49,515 nucleotides of DNA from contig CANQLL010000002.1 in the NCBI GenBank assembly GCA_947624705.1, forward strand, positions 1 to 49,515, in the 5' to 3' direction. Position numbers and translations under genes: made by a program. Source of the DNA: an uncultured Bacilli bacterium. Lineage in GTDB: Bacteria > Bacillota_I > Bacilli_A > RF39 > UBA660. The notes under the pieces are model-generated. The model made no database searches and was not told the DNA's origin. It saw only the letters and a program-made list of their open reading frames with translations. Positions within the stretch are counted from its first letter, which is position 1, and every line of letters begins with the position of its first letter. Shown piece after piece: positions 40,514 through 49,515 of the stretch.

Positions 40514-40870
40514 CTAGAATTCTAATCCATTTTCGCGTGCGGCTTCAGCTAAAGCTTTAACACGTCCATGGTAAAGGTATCCACCTCTATCGAAAACGAT
40601 TCTTGTAATTTTATTTTTTTTCGCTTTTTCAGCAAGGTCTTTACCTACTAAAGCAGCGCCCTCAACATTTCCACCATTTTTAAGTTTTAACTCAACTGAT
40701 GAAGAACTAACTAAGGTAACTCCCGCTTCATCATCAATTATTTGAGCGAAAATGTTGGAATTTGATCTAAATACATTTAATCTCGGACAAGATTTTGTTC
40801 CAGATATTTTATTGCGTACACGTGCATGTCTTCTTTGACGTGAAACGTTTTTTGATTCTTTTTTTATCAT
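40514..40870 (-). CDS. rplR: 50S ribosomal protein L18
   Basis: RRHARVR.KISGT...[36 protein letters not shown]. Confidence 0.95.
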   Translation of the reverse strand: MIKKESKNVSRQRRHARVRNKISGTKSCPRLNVFRSNSNIFAQIIDDEAGVTLVSSSSVELKLKNGGNVEGAALVGKDLAEKAKKNKITRIVFDRGGYLYHGRVKALAEAARENGLEF

Positions 40871-40888
40871 AATCTTAACTCCTTTACC

Positions 40889-41425
40889 TTATGCTGCCTT
40901 TTTTCCTTCTTTACGACGAATATGTTCATTTTTATAACGAATACCTTTACCTTTATAAGGTTCTGGTTCTCTTACTTTTCGAACATTCGCCGCAAATTCA
41001 GATACTCTTTGTTTATCAATACCACTAATAGTTAGTTCAGTATTGCTTCCTGATTCTGCTTTTAAATCACTTGGTACTTCAATTACAACAGGATGAGAAT
41101 ATCCAGCATTAATTGTAATTTTATTGCCAGCTACATTAAATCTGTAACCAACACCAACAGCTTCTAAATCTTTTTTAAAACCATCAGTTACCCCAATTAG
41201 CATATTATTAATTAAGGCATTAGTTGTACCATGTAATTGTTTAGCTTGTTTTGTTTCATTACTTCTTTTAACGATTACTTTATTATCTTCAACTTCAACA
41301 CTAATTAAATTGTCATAAGAAGTACTAAGTTCGCCTTTTGGACCTTTAACTTTTACTTCATTATTCTCAATATTAACAGTTACACCCTCAGGTATAGTTA
41401 ATTCTCTTTTTCCTATTCTACTCAT
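40889..41425 (-). CDS. rplF: 50S ribosomal protein L6
   Basis: MSRIGK..L.IP.GV.V, PEPYKGKGIRY.NE.IRRKEGK. Confidence 0.95.
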   Translation of the reverse strand: MSRIGKRELTIPEGVTVNIENNEVKVKGPKGELSTSYDNLISVEVEDNKVIVKRSNETKQAKQLHGTTNALINNMLIGVTDGFKKDLEAVGVGYRFNVAGNKITINAGYSHPVVIEVPSDLKAESGSNTELTISGIDKQRVSEFAANVRKVREPEPYKGKGIRYKNEHIRRKEGKKAA

Positions 41426-41437
41426 AAGTAATTTTCC

Positions 41438-41833
41438 TTACCAAACAAAGGCAAGTACTTCTCCTCCTAGACCAGCTTCACGAGCTTTTTTGTCAGTCAT
41501 TAATCCTTTTGAAGTTGAAATGATTGCTATTCCAAGTCCATTTAGAACACGAGGAATTTCATCACTTTTAGCATAAACACGTAATCCAGATTTACTGATT
41601 CTTTTAAGTCCAGTAATAACTCTTTCTTTTTTATCTGTATATTTTAGGTCAATAATTAATTTATCACCTTTAGTATCTTTTTCATATTTATAATCAGCTA
41701 TATATCCTTCTTCTTTTAAAATCTTCGCAATTCCTAAAGTCATTTTACTACCAAGAACTTCTACTTCTTTGTATTTCATTTGATTAGCATTACGAATTCG
41801 AGTAAGCATATCAGCTATTCTATCAGCTACCAT
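41438..41833 (-). CDS. rpsH: 30S ribosomal protein S8
   Basis: [39 protein letters not shown]. Confidence 0.95.
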   Translation of the reverse strand: MVADRIADMLTRIRNANQMKYKEVEVLGSKMTLGIAKILKEEGYIADYKYEKDTKGDKLIIDLKYTDKKERVITGLKRISKSGLRVYAKSDEIPRVLNGLGIAIISTSKGLMTDKKAREAGLGGEVLAFVW

Positions 41834-41849
41834 TTAAATTCCTCCCTTC

Positions 41850-42035
41850 TTACCAACTTGATTTTTTTACGCCTGGTATTTGTCCTTTATTAGCTAGTTC
41901 TCTAAAACAAATACGGCATAATTTAAATTTACGTAAAACACCATGAGGTCTTCCGCATCTTTCACAACGCGTGTAAGCACGTGATTTAAATTTTGGTGCT
42001 CTTTTACTTTTTACAACCATTGATTTTTTTGCCAT
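41850..42035 (-). CDS. rpsZ: 30S ribosomal protein S14, zinc-binding type Z (61 aa)
   Basis: CERCGRPHG...CRICFRELA gives the two CxxC pairs. The short form is typical of the spc operon in Bacillota. Confidence 0.94.
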   Translation of the reverse strand: MAKKSMVVKSKRAPKFKSRAYTRCERCGRPHGVLRKFKLCRICFRELANKGQIPGVKKSSW

Positions 42036-42051
42036 TATTTATTCCTCCAAA

Positions 42052-42591
42052 CTACTTTCTAAAAGGCATTCCAAAGCCTGCAAGTAAATCTTTAGCTTCG
42101 TCATTGGTTTTTGCTGTTGTCACAAAAACAATGTCCATTCCTCTAATTTTTAATACATTATCATAATTTATTTCTGGGAAAATTAATTGTTCTTTAATTC
42201 CTAAAGTATAATTACCATGTCCATCAAAGGCTGTTTTAGATACTCCTCTAAAATCCCGAACCCGAGGAAGAGCAATTCTAATTAACTTTTCCATAAAGTA
42301 ATACATTTTTTCTCCTCTTAATGTTACTTTAGCTCCAATTGTTTGTCCTTCCCGAAGTTTAAAACCAGCAATTGATTTTTTTGCTTTAGTAACAACTGGT
42401 TTTTGACCTGCTAAAGCTTCTAAATCTTTAACAGCTGCCTCAATGAATTTTGAATCATGAGAACCTTCACCAACTCCCATATTGATAACGATTTTTTCTA
42501 ATTTAGGAACTTCCATTATTGATTTGTAATTATATTTTTTCATTAAAGAATCTTTAATTTCTTTAGTATATAAATCTTTAAAATTACTCAT
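42052..42591 (-). CDS. rplE: 50S ribosomal protein L5
   Basis: [37 protein letters not shown]. Confidence 0.95.
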   Translation of the reverse strand: MSNFKDLYTKEIKDSLMKKYNYKSIMEVPKLEKIVINMGVGEGSHDSKFIEAAVKDLEALAGQKPVVTKAKKSIAGFKLREGQTIGAKVTLRGEKMYYFMEKLIRIALPRVRDFRGVSKTAFDGHGNYTLGIKEQLIFPEINYDNVLKIRGMDIVFVTTAKTNDEAKDLLAGFGMPFRK

Positions 42592-42602
42592 AACTTTACC
42601 TC

Positions 42603-42863
42603 CTAATTAGCTTTCTTTTCTTTTTTAGTAGTCTTTTTCTTATCTTCAGTAATTACTTTAACATTAGATACGTGAATTGGTGCTTCGATATCTCGAATTC
42701 CTCCAGTTTCGCCTTGACCATTAGGTTTAATATGCTTTTTAACGATATTAATACCTTCAACAATAACTTTATCTTCTTTTCTTAAAGTTTTTATGACTTT
42801 TCCTTCTTTGCCTTTATCTTTTCCAGCTAGAATTTTAACTTTATCGCTAACTTTAACTTTCAT
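42603..42863 (-). CDS. rplX: 50S ribosomal protein L24
   Basis: [24 protein letters not shown]. Lys-rich tail. Confidence 0.92.
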   Translation of the reverse strand: MKVKVSDKVKILAGKDKGKEGKVIKTLRKEDKVIVEGINIVKKHIKPNGQGETGGIRDIEAPIHVSNVKVITEDKKKTTKKEKKAN

Positions 42864-42872
42864 ATTAACCTC

Positions 42873-43241
42873 CTATAATACCTCAGGAGCAAGGGATACA
42901 ATCTTCATGAAATCTTTTTCGCGAAGTTCTCTTGCCACTGGTCCTAAAACACGTGTTCCCACAGGAGTTTTATCATCTTTGATTAAAACGCAAGCATTAT
43001 CATCAAATTTAATATAACTTCCATCTTTACGACGAATTCCTTCCACACTTCTAACAATTACTGCTTTAACTACTTTACCTTTTTTGATGTTACTGTTAGG
43101 AATAGCTTTTTTAACAGTAGCAACAACAGTATCACCAATATAGCCATATTTTACTTTGCTGCCACCTAGAACTCTAATTACACTTACTTCTTTAGCTCCA
43201 GTATTATCAGCAACTTTTAAACGTGTTTCTTGTTCAATCAT
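42873..43241 (-). CDS. rplN: 50S ribosomal protein L14
   Basis: [18 protein letters not shown]...RFDDNA-like FDDNACVL. Confidence 0.96.
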   Translation of the reverse strand: MIEQETRLKVADNTGAKEVSVIRVLGGSKVKYGYIGDTVVATVKKAIPNSNIKKGKVVKAVIVRSVEGIRRKDGSYIKFDDNACVLIKDDKTPVGTRVLGPVARELREKDFMKIVSLAPEVL

Positions 43242-43253
43242 TGTGATACCTCC

Positions 43254-43514
43254 TTATAGAACCACAGCTTCAGTTATTACTTCCACAAGTTCAAAACGCT
43301 TAGTTTTAGAAAGTGGTCTTGTACTAACTATTTTAACTGTGTCCCCTTCTTTAGCTTTATTTGCCTCATCATGGGCAGTATATTTTTTAGAATATTTAAC
43401 CCGTTTTTTGTATAGTGGATGCTTACGATAAGTTTCAACTAAAACAGTAATAGTTTTATTATTTTTTGCACTTACAACTTTTCCAACTAATTCTTGTCTT
43501 TTAGTTTCGGCCAT
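43254..43514 (-). CDS. rpsQ: 30S ribosomal protein S17
   Basis: GKVVS.K..KTI.V.VET...HPLY.K.VK.SKKY.AHDE.N....GD.V.I...RPLSK.K. Confidence 0.95.
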   Translation of the reverse strand: MAETKRQELVGKVVSAKNNKTITVLVETYRKHPLYKKRVKYSKKYTAHDEANKAKEGDTVKIVSTRPLSKTKRFELVEVITEAVVL

Positions 43515-43720
43515 TATTTAGCACCTCCATTATTTAATGTTCTTTCTTTAAGAATGGTTTTCATTCTTGCCACTTGTTTTCTTAAAGCTTTTATTTGGTG
43601 AGGTTTATCTAGAGAACCAGTAGATTGTTTTAAACGTAGTTCAAATAATTCTTTTTTAGCTTCTGTTATTTTAGTATTTAATTCTTCATCAGTTAATTTT
43701 CTTATTTCTTCTACTTTCAT
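43514..43720 (-). CDS. rpmC: 50S ribosomal protein L29
   Basis: [10 protein letters not shown]...[24 protein letters not shown]. Confidence 0.94.
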   Translation of the reverse strand: MKVEEIRKLTDEELNTKITEAKKELFELRLKQSTGSLDKPHQIKALRKQVARMKTILKERTLNNGGAK

Positions 43721-43722
43721 TA

Positions 43723-44148
43723 CTAGTTACCTCCTTGTTCCTCTTTTTTAACAAATTTACATTTGATTGGTAGTTTATGAGAAGCAAGTCTTAAAGCTTC
43801 ACGCGCAACTTCTTCTGATACTCCATCAATTTCAAACATAATTTTTCCTTCTTTAACAACAGCTACCCAATCTTCAACGTTACCTTTACCTTTACCTTGA
43901 CGAGTTTCAAGTGGTTTTTTAGTTAAGGCTAAATGAGGGAAGATGTTAATCCAAACTTTTCCACCACGTTTCATATAACGAGTCATGGCAATACGAGCAG
44001 CTTCGATTTGGCGAGTGGTAACCCAAGCTCCTTCTTTCGCTTGTAAACCATAAGCTCCAAAATGAAGTTCGGTATTTCCTTTAGCATGACCATCATAAGA
44101 TAGACGATGTGGTTTACGATATTTAGTTCTTTTTGGCATTAGTGGCAT
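43723..44148 (-). CDS. rplP: 50S ribosomal protein L16
   Basis: [21 protein letters not shown]. The ATG at 44148 is 7 nt after GGGGGT. The longer ORF-track start lies inside rpsC. Confidence 0.93.
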   Translation of the reverse strand: MPLMPKRTKYRKPHRLSYDGHAKGNTELHFGAYGLQAKEGAWVTTRQIEAARIAMTRYMKRGGKVWINIFPHLALTKKPLETRQGKGKGNVEDWVAVVKEGKIMFEIDGVSEEVAREALRLASHKLPIKCKFVKKEEQGGN

Positions 44149-44806
44149 TATCATTACCCCCTTTTGCTTTATTTTTAGTAGGAAGAACTTCACCTTTGTA
44201 AATCCATACTTTTACGCCGATTTTTCCGTAAGTAGTATCCGCTTCACTTTGAGCATAATCAACATTTGCTCTTAAAGTATGAAGAGGTACTGTTCCTTCC
44301 GTATAACCTTCAGTTCGAGCCATTTCCGCTCCACCTAATCTTCCTGAAGTTGAAGTTTTAATTCCTTTTGCTCCCGCTTTCATTGTATTTCTAATTGCTC
44401 TTTTTTGAGCACTTCTAAATGGTGCTCTGGCCTCGATTTGAGAAGCAATATTATCAGCAACTAATTGCGCACATAAATCAGGATTTTTAACTTCCACAAT
44501 GGAAATATAAACGTCTTCTCCTACTAATTTAGAAATTTTCTTTCTTAATTTGTCAATATCTTCTCCACCACGACCGATGATAACACCAGGTTTTGCAGTA
44601 TTAATTGTGATATCAACTCTTTTGGCTGTTCTTTCAATAATTACTTTAGCCACAGCCGCATTCTTAAGTTCTTTCGCTAAGAACTTTCTAATTTTTAAAT
44701 CTTTATTTAATTTATCACCAAAATCTTTTTTAGGGGCATACCAATTTGATTCCCATTCTTCAGTGATTCCTAGTCTAAGACCTTTAGGATTTACTTTTTG
44801 TCCCAT
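44123..44806 (-). CDS. rpsC: 30S ribosomal protein S3
   Basis: [15 protein letters not shown] domain. The ATG at 44806 has TAAGGAGG upstream. Confidence 0.95.
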   Translation of the reverse strand: MGQKVNPKGLRLGITEEWESNWYAPKKDFGDKLNKDLKIRKFLAKELKNAAVAKVIIERTAKRVDITINTAKPGVIIGRGGEDIDKLRKKISKLVGEDVYISIVEVKNPDLCAQLVADNIASQIEARAPFRSAQKRAIRNTMKAGAKGIKTSTSGRLGGAEMARTEGYTEGTVPLHTLRANVDYAQSEADTTYGKIGVKVWIYKGEVLPTKNKAKGGNDNATNAKKN

Positions 44807-44807
44807 C

Positions 44808-45152
44808 TTAAACCTCCTTAACCTGGTCACTTACTTTTACAGTAATGTGACTTGTTCTTTTATCTCTGCGATCTATATTTCCCTTAGATCCATAATGAAT
44901 TCTTTTATAAACAGGACCTGGATTAATAAAGCATTCAGAGATTACTAAACTATCTTCGTTAGCACCGTTATTATTTACGGCATTAGCAACAGCTGAGTTT
45001 AATACTTTTAAAATTAAACGGCTGGCTTTAGTATTAGTTGTATTTAATATTCCTTGTGCAGTAACGACATCTTTTCCTCGAATTAAATCAAGAGTCATTC
45101 TTGCTTTACGAGGAGCAATCATTGCACTTTTATGTATTGCATAAGCTTCCAT
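44808..45152 (-). CDS. rplV: 50S ribosomal protein L22
   Basis: ISPRKARL-like [16 protein letters not shown], and [12 protein letters not shown]. Confidence 0.95.
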   Translation of the reverse strand: MEAYAIHKSAMIAPRKARMTLDLIRGKDVVTAQGILNTTNTKASRLILKVLNSAVANAVNNNGANEDSLVISECFINPGPVYKRIHYGSKGNIDRRDKRTSHITVKVSDQVKEV

Positions 45153-45166
45153 ATTTTACTCCCTTC

Positions 45167-45430
45167 CTACTTTTGTCCTGCATGTCCCGTAAATTTGCGA
45201 GTTGCCGCAAATTCACCAAGTTTGTGTCCAACCATATCTTCAGTTATATAAACAGGAATAAATTCTTTCCCATTATGAACCGCAATTGTATGTCCTATAA
45301 AGTCAGGATAAATTGTTGAACGACGAGACCATGTTTTAATAACTTCTTTTTTATTTGCTTTATTTAATTCTCGAACCTTATTTAATAATCTATCAAAAAC
45401 ATAAGGTCCTTTTTTCAAACTTCTTGCCAT
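45167..45430 (-). CDS. rpsS: 30S ribosomal protein S19
   Basis: [45 protein letters not shown]. Confidence 0.96.
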   Translation of the reverse strand: MARSLKKGPYVFDRLLNKVRELNKANKKEVIKTWSRRSTIYPDFIGHTIAVHNGKEFIPVYITEDMVGHKLGEFAATRKFTGHAGQK

Positions 45431-45445
45431 AAAATCAATTTCCTC

Positions 45446-46276
45446 CTACTTTTTCTTACGGCTAACAATAAGTTTGTCAGACGCTTTCTTATTTTTACGA
45501 GTTTTAAGGCCAAGGGCTGGTTTACCCCAAGGAGTAACTGGTCCTTTTCTTCCGACTGGCGCGCGGCCTTCTCCACCACCATGTGGATGGTCATTAGGGT
45601 TCATAACTGAACCACGGTTGGTAGGACGAATTCCCATATGACGTTTACGTCCTGCTTTTCCTAAATTAACTAGTTCGTAATCTTCATTACCAACTACACC
45701 AATAGTAGCCATACAAGTTCCTAAAACTTTTCTTGTTTCACCACTTTGTAATCTTAACATTACATATTTGCCTTCACGGCCTAAGATTTGCGCACTTGTT
45801 CCAGCTGCTCGACACATTTCGGCTCCTTTACCAGGTTTAAGTTCAATGTTATGAACTACTGTACCAACAGGAATGTTTTGAAGTGGTAAAGCATTTCCAA
45901 CTTTAATATCAACATTTTCGCCACTTTCAATAATCATTCCTACTTTTAAATCTTTAGGAGCTATAATATATCTTTTTTCCCCATCTTTATAATTGATTAA
46001 AGCTATATTAGCACTTCGATTTGGATCATATTCTATTGAAGCAACTCTTCCTGTAACATTAAATTTGTTACGTTTATAATCGATAAGACGATATTTTCTT
46101 TTTGCTCCGCCCCCGATATGTCTAACAGTCATTCTTCCTTGATTATTACGTCCACCTGATTTAGATTTAGATACTAATAAGGATTTTTCAGGAGTAGAAG
46201 TTGTTATTTCTTCATTAGTTAAGGTAGTCATCCCACGTCGACCATTAGTCGTTGGTTTATATTTTCTTATTGCCAT
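45446..46276 (-). CDS. rplB: 50S ribosomal protein L2
   Basis: [40 protein letters not shown]. Confidence 0.97.
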   Translation of the reverse strand: MAIRKYKPTTNGRRGMTTLTNEEITTSTPEKSLLVSKSKSGGRNNQGRMTVRHIGGGAKRKYRLIDYKRNKFNVTGRVASIEYDPNRSANIALINYKDGEKRYIIAPKDLKVGMIIESGENVDIKVGNALPLQNIPVGTVVHNIELKPGKGAEMCRAAGTSAQILGREGKYVMLRLQSGETRKVLGTCMATIGVVGNEDYELVNLGKAGRKRHMGIRPTNRGSVMNPNDHPHGGGEGRAPVGRKGPVTPWGKPALGLKTRKNKKASDKLIVSRKKK

Positions 46277-46286
46277 AATTTACCTC

Positions 46287-46565
46287 CTAATAAATTTCTA
46301 TTGACTGTCCACTTTCTAAAGTAACAATCGCTTTCTTATATGTTTTAGTTTTACCAGTGTATCTTCCCACTCTTTTTTTCTTTGATTTTGTATTTAAAGT
46401 ATTAACTTTTTTTACTTTAACCCCAAAAGCAGTTTCAATTGCTTTTTTAATTTGCGTTTTATTAGCAGATGCTGCAACTTTGAAAGTATAGATACCATTT
46501 TTCATATTAGTTGCTGATTTTTCAGTAACAACTGGACTAATTATAATATCAGTATAATCTTTCAT
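46287..46565 (-). CDS. rplW: 50S ribosomal protein L23
   Basis: P..TEKS......Y.F.V...A.K.QIK.A.E..F.VKV..VNT pattern and position. Confidence 0.93.
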   Translation of the reverse strand: MKDYTDIIISPVVTEKSATNMKNGIYTFKVAASANKTQIKKAIETAFGVKVKKVNTLNTKSKKKRVGRYTGKTKTYKKAIVTLESGQSIEIY

Positions 46566-47185
46566 TATTTAAGCACCTCCTCAATTTGATTTAATGCTGC
46601 TTCATCTAAAACTAATTTATCAGCATTAGTGATATCATAAACATTTACCTCATCACTATTAATAGCATAAGCATAACCTAAGTTACGAGTTGCCATATAT
46701 AAGTTTTCATTTTCTTCATTTGTAACGAATAATGTTTTACCATCTAATTTTAAATTAGCCATAATATTAACAATTTCTTTAGTTTTTAAACTATCTAATT
46801 TAATATCATCAATTATAACTAATTCTTTGTTTTTTAATTTATAAGATAAAGCAGTTTTTAAGGCTAAAACTCTTTCTTTTTTGTTCATTTTGAAGCCATA
46901 ATCACGAGGAGTTACACCAAAGACAGTTCCTCCACCTCGCCAAATTGGGCTTCGAGATGAACCAGCGCGAGCTCGACCTGTTCCTTTTTGTTTCCAAGGT
47001 TTTCTTCCTCCGCCTGAAACTTCAGAACGGGTTTTAGTTTTATGAGTTCCTTGTCGTTCAGCAGCTAATTGTAAATCAATTGCCTTTTTTAAAACAATAT
47101 CATTAAATGTTTTCCAAATAGAATCATTTAAAGTTACATCTTTAACTTTTTCACCTTTAAGGTTAATCATTTCTACTTTAGCCAT
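46565..47185 (-). CDS. rplD: 50S ribosomal protein L4
   Basis: [28 protein letters not shown]. Confidence 0.95.
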   Translation of the reverse strand: MAKVEMINLKGEKVKDVTLNDSIWKTFNDIVLKKAIDLQLAAERQGTHKTKTRSEVSGGGRKPWKQKGTGRARAGSSRSPIWRGGGTVFGVTPRDYGFKMNKKERVLALKTALSYKLKNKELVIIDDIKLDSLKTKEIVNIMANLKLDGKTLFVTNEENENLYMATRNLGYAYAINSDEVNVYDITNADKLVLDEAALNQIEEVLK

Positions 47186-47976
47186 TAATTCTCACCTGCC
47201 CCTTCTTCTTTTACTTCTTCGGCAGCTTCTACTTTTTCTTCTGCAGTTTCTTCAGTTTTTACTTCTTCAGTTTTTGTTTCTTCCGTTTCTTCAACAACTT
47301 CATCAACTACAGTTTCTTCTTCATAACTAACTAATTCTTTAGCTTCCGCTTTTTCATTTTTCTTAATAGATGATTTAATAAATACTAAAGAATTTTTAGC
47401 TCCAGGTATACTTCCACTAACTAAAATATAGTTTTCGTTAGTATTTACTTCAATTATCTCTAAGTTTTGAATAGTTACAGTTTCAACACCCATGTGACCA
47501 GAAAGTTTTTTACCTTTCATAACTCGCATTGGTCGCATTGTTCCCATTGAACCTGGTCTTCTATGATATCTTGAACCATGAGTTTCTGGTCCTCGAGATT
47601 GATTGTGTCTTTTAATAACACCTGTAAATCCTTTACCTTTTGAAGTTCCAGTTACATCAACATATTCACCAGCTTCAAAAATTGAAGCATCAATAGTATC
47701 GCCTAAATTGTAAGTTCCTTCCACATTTCTTATCTCTTTTAAGAAGCGCTTAGGAGTAGTATTTGCTTTTTTAACATGACCAACTTCGGCTTTAGTGGCA
47801 TGTTTTTCCTTTTTCTCAACAGTTGCAACTTGAATGGCTTTATAACCATCTGTTTCTTCACTTTTAACTTGTGTTACCACATTTGGTTCTACATAAACAA
47901 CTGTGACAGGAATTAATTTTCCATCTTTTGTGAAGACTTCAGTCATTCCGACTTTACGTCCTAAGATTCCTTTCAT
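47185..47976 (-). CDS. rplC: 50S ribosomal protein L3 with ~50-aa acidic C-terminal extension
   Basis: MKGILG.KVGMT, GKGF.G..KRHN...GP..HGS..HR.PGS.G. The tail is [47 protein letters not shown]. Confidence 0.94.
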   Translation of the reverse strand: MKGILGRKVGMTEVFTKDGKLIPVTVVYVEPNVVTQVKSEETDGYKAIQVATVEKKEKHATKAEVGHVKKANTTPKRFLKEIRNVEGTYNLGDTIDASIFEAGEYVDVTGTSKGKGFTGVIKRHNQSRGPETHGSRYHRRPGSMGTMRPMRVMKGKKLSGHMGVETVTIQNLEIIEVNTNENYILVSGSIPGAKNSLVFIKSSIKKNEKAEAKELVSYEEETVVDEVVEETEETKTEEVKTEETAEEKVEAAEEVKEEGAGEN

Positions 47977-47995
47977 TATTTTTCCTCTTTTCTAC

Positions 47996-48304
47996 TTATA
48001 ATTTAATATTAATATCAACACCACTTGGAATATCCAAACGCGTAAGTGCCTCAATTGTTTCTTTACTTGGATCTTTAATATCGATAAGTCTTTTGTGAGT
48101 TCGACTTTCGAATTGTTCTCTTGAATCCTTATCCTTATGTACCGCTTTTAACACTGTATAAACTTGTTTTTCTGTTGGAAGTGGCACAGGTCCTGAAACA
48201 ACGCCCCCAGTTCTTTTTACAGTTTCGATTATTTTTCCACATGCTTGATCTAACATTCTGTGATCGTATGCTTTTAAATTAATCCGAACTTGTGTTTTTG
48301 ACAT
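47996..48304 (-). CDS. rpsJ: 30S ribosomal protein S10
   Basis: IRI.LKAYDH..LD......I.ET..R.G....GP.PLPT, and RTHKRLIDI. Confidence 0.96.
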   Translation of the reverse strand: MSKTQVRINLKAYDHRMLDQACGKIIETVKRTGGVVSGPVPLPTEKQVYTVLKAVHKDKDSREQFESRTHKRLIDIKDPSKETIEALTRLDIPSGVDINIKL

Positions 48305-48437
48305 TATTCATGTCCTCCTTTCGCCTATATCTAGTATAGACTCGCTCCGTAACGAATTACCTGATATCAAGATTTGTTTTAACAACTCATCCTAGTGTAT
48401 CAGCAACCTCGCACATCTAAGCAGTCATACAAAATCA

Positions 48438-48466
48438 ATTATAGCAATAAATTATATGATAATCAA
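48438..48466 (-). promoter_or_regulatory. sigma-A-type promoter TTGATT-17-TATAAT of the S10 operon
   Basis: Minus strand has TTGATT (48461-48466), a 17-nt spacer and TATAAT (48438-48443). This predicts a leader of ~125 nt before rpsJ. Confidence 0.65.
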
Positions 48467-48566
48467 CCCCAAATTTCCCTAAATTAGTTAATTTTTTGAA
48501 AAAAAGTTAAATTGACTAAATTAATTTAATATGTTAATGTATGTAAACAAGAAAGGAAAAAGATAA

Positions 48567-48926
48567 ATGAATAAAGAATTTGATTTAGAAACAATTCTAT
48601 CAGTTACAATAGGTATATCTTTAGTAGATGATTTTAATAAAGTTATAGAATTAGCTCAATATGTTTATAATGATGAATTTATTAATGATTATGCTCTTGT
48701 GTTTTTAAAGGATGACTTAAGAGATTACATTCTTGAGTGTCATAAAGAATTAGCTGGTCTATGCCCTCCACCTAGTTATGTTTATTATAAAGGACATAAA
48801 CAAATAAAACTTAGTTTACTATCGGCATGGATAGATGAGCTAAAGAAAATTTTTGGAACCAAATTAGAACTAACTCCTAAAAATGAAAATATGACATTAA
48901 TAAAAATCTACCAGCTAAGCTGGTAG
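48567..48926 (+). CDS. hypothetical 119-aa protein (no family assigned)
   Basis: GAAAGGAAAAAG RBS, a clean ORF and a strong terminator overlapping the stop codon. The N-terminal pattern LETILSVTIG...V.EL..YV is reminiscent of small phage/plasmid-borne proteins, but this rests on my recall only. Confidence 0.5.
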   Translation: MNKEFDLETILSVTIGISLVDDFNKVIELAQYVYNDEFINDYALVFLKDDLRDYILECHKELAGLCPPPSYVYYKGHKQIKLSLLSAWIDELKKIFGTKLELTPKNENMTLIKIYQLSW

Positions 48927-48933
48927 TTTTATT
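48908..48933 (+). terminator. intrinsic terminator
   Basis: CTACCAGC-taa-GCTGGTAG followed by TTTTATT. Confidence 0.8.
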
Positions 48934-49016
48934 AAGCACTAAAAGTGCCTCTTACTGGCCGCGCTATATTGCGCTCCGAATTTGCCTAACTCCTGCACTA
49001 CTTTTACTACTTGCTA

Positions 49017-49439
49017 TTATTTAAATAGCCTAAATTGTTTTACTTTCTTTCCTGTGAATGGGTCTATGTACTCTTTACTACTCATATCATCTGCTAGTTT
49101 ATCTTCTTTTAATTGATTCGCTATATATTCTTGTATTGCTTTTGTATTTTTTCCCACTGTATCTACATAGTACCCTCTACACCAAAATTGTCTTTGCCCA
49201 TATTTATATTTCATGTCTGCATGTCTATCAAATATCAATAATGTACTTTTTCCCTTGATATATCCTATTGCTCCTGATACACTCATTTTTGGTGGTATAC
49301 TTATTAACATATGTACATGGTCTGGGCACAATTCTGCTTCTATTATTTTTATTTCCTTTCTTTCACATAACATTCTTATTATTTTTCCAATATCCACTCT
49401 TAATTGATTATATATTATTTTTCTTCTAAATTTTGGAGT
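49017..49439 (-). CDS. tnpA: IS200-family Y1 (HUH) transposase TnpA; 5' end unresolved or degenerate
   Basis: TPKFRRKIIYNQ..., HUH motif PDHVHMLISIPPK, catalytic Tyr region FWCRGYYVDTVG, and C-terminal YIDPFTG. The frame stays open upstream to nt 49515 but has no canonical start codon, and the sequence there does not look like the usual N-terminus. Confidence 0.8.
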   Translation of the reverse strand, partial: TPKFRRKIIYNQLRVDIGKIIRMLCERKEIKIIEAELCPDHVHMLISIPPKMSVSGAIGYIKGKSTLLIFDRHADMKYKYGQRQFWCRGYYVDTVGKNTKAIQEYIANQLKEDKLADDMSSKEYIDPFTGKKVKQFRLFK

Positions 49440-49457
49440 GTAAAAGTCAATATAAAA

Positions 49458-49506
49458 ATGTACAAAAAGTGGAAAATAACTATGTACAAAAAAGTGAAAA
49501 TAAAAT
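49458..49506. repeat. imperfect tandem duplication (24 + 25 nt)
   Basis: ATGTACAAAAAGTGGAAAATAACT is followed by ATGTACAAAAAAGTGAAAATAAAAT. A weaker third copy (TGTAAAAGTCAATATAAAA) lies just before it. Confidence 0.6.
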
Positions 49507-49515
49507 ATACCTGTT

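Larger units (their letters stand above)
48934..49515 (-). mobile_element. IS200/IS605-family element (tnpA only), right part runs off the window
   Basis: A Y1 transposase gene plus an ~80-nt GC-enriched segment (48934-49016) with small GC hairpins (GCACT-aaa-AGTGC; GCGC-tatatt-GCGC) immediately 3' of tnpA, as expected for a subterminal IS200 end. Confidence 0.7.

Overview
The window is about 27-28% GC, from a low-GC Bacillota or Mollicutes-related genome. It uses the standard code: TGA and TAG both act as stops, and Trp is TGG. The lineage guess (Erysipelotrichia, Acholeplasma or RF39-like) is inference only. The window is mostly core genome. It holds ligA, a Panacea-domain gene and pcrA; dinD; a tightly packed plus-strand block (dgkA, membrane protein, ABC-type ATPase, SDR, flavin reductase-rubredoxin, and an amber-disrupted HNH nuclease); and gpmI, clpP, yvcK-whiA, cdaA-cdaR, and rnr-smpB. 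Next come secG, a surface-glycan glycosylation cluster (GtrA, TuaH-like GT, YfhO, FAD oxidoreductase, a second GT-C, GtrB-like GT2), and the complete S10-spc-alpha ribosomal superoperon (rpsJ to rplQ, 34.4-48.3 kb, minus strand). Both edges carry mobile-element remnants: an Rpn-like fragment on the left and an IS200-family tnpA on the right.

The most unusual content is a self-contained cassette at 22.6-25.6 kb, with its own promoter and terminator, inserted into the conserved secG-rnr-smpB block. It encodes a 132-aa membrane-anchored protein and an 855-aa protein. The large protein has a textbook prepilin (class III) signal, a pilin-like head, InlB-type B-repeats, and a ~490-aa Cys-rich C-terminal region I cannot assign to any family. 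No pilus machinery is present in the window.

Secondary items are:
- an in-frame TAG splitting a putative PUA-like/HNH nuclease;
- an orphan Panacea-domain gene embedded between pcrA and ligA;
- a Cheo-box-like palindrome in the dinD promoter;
- an FAD oxidoreductase and two GT-C enzymes in the glycosylation cluster;
- no rpmD between rpsE and rplO;
- an acidic tail on L3.

All family assignments come from reading the translated ORFs. No database search was run.
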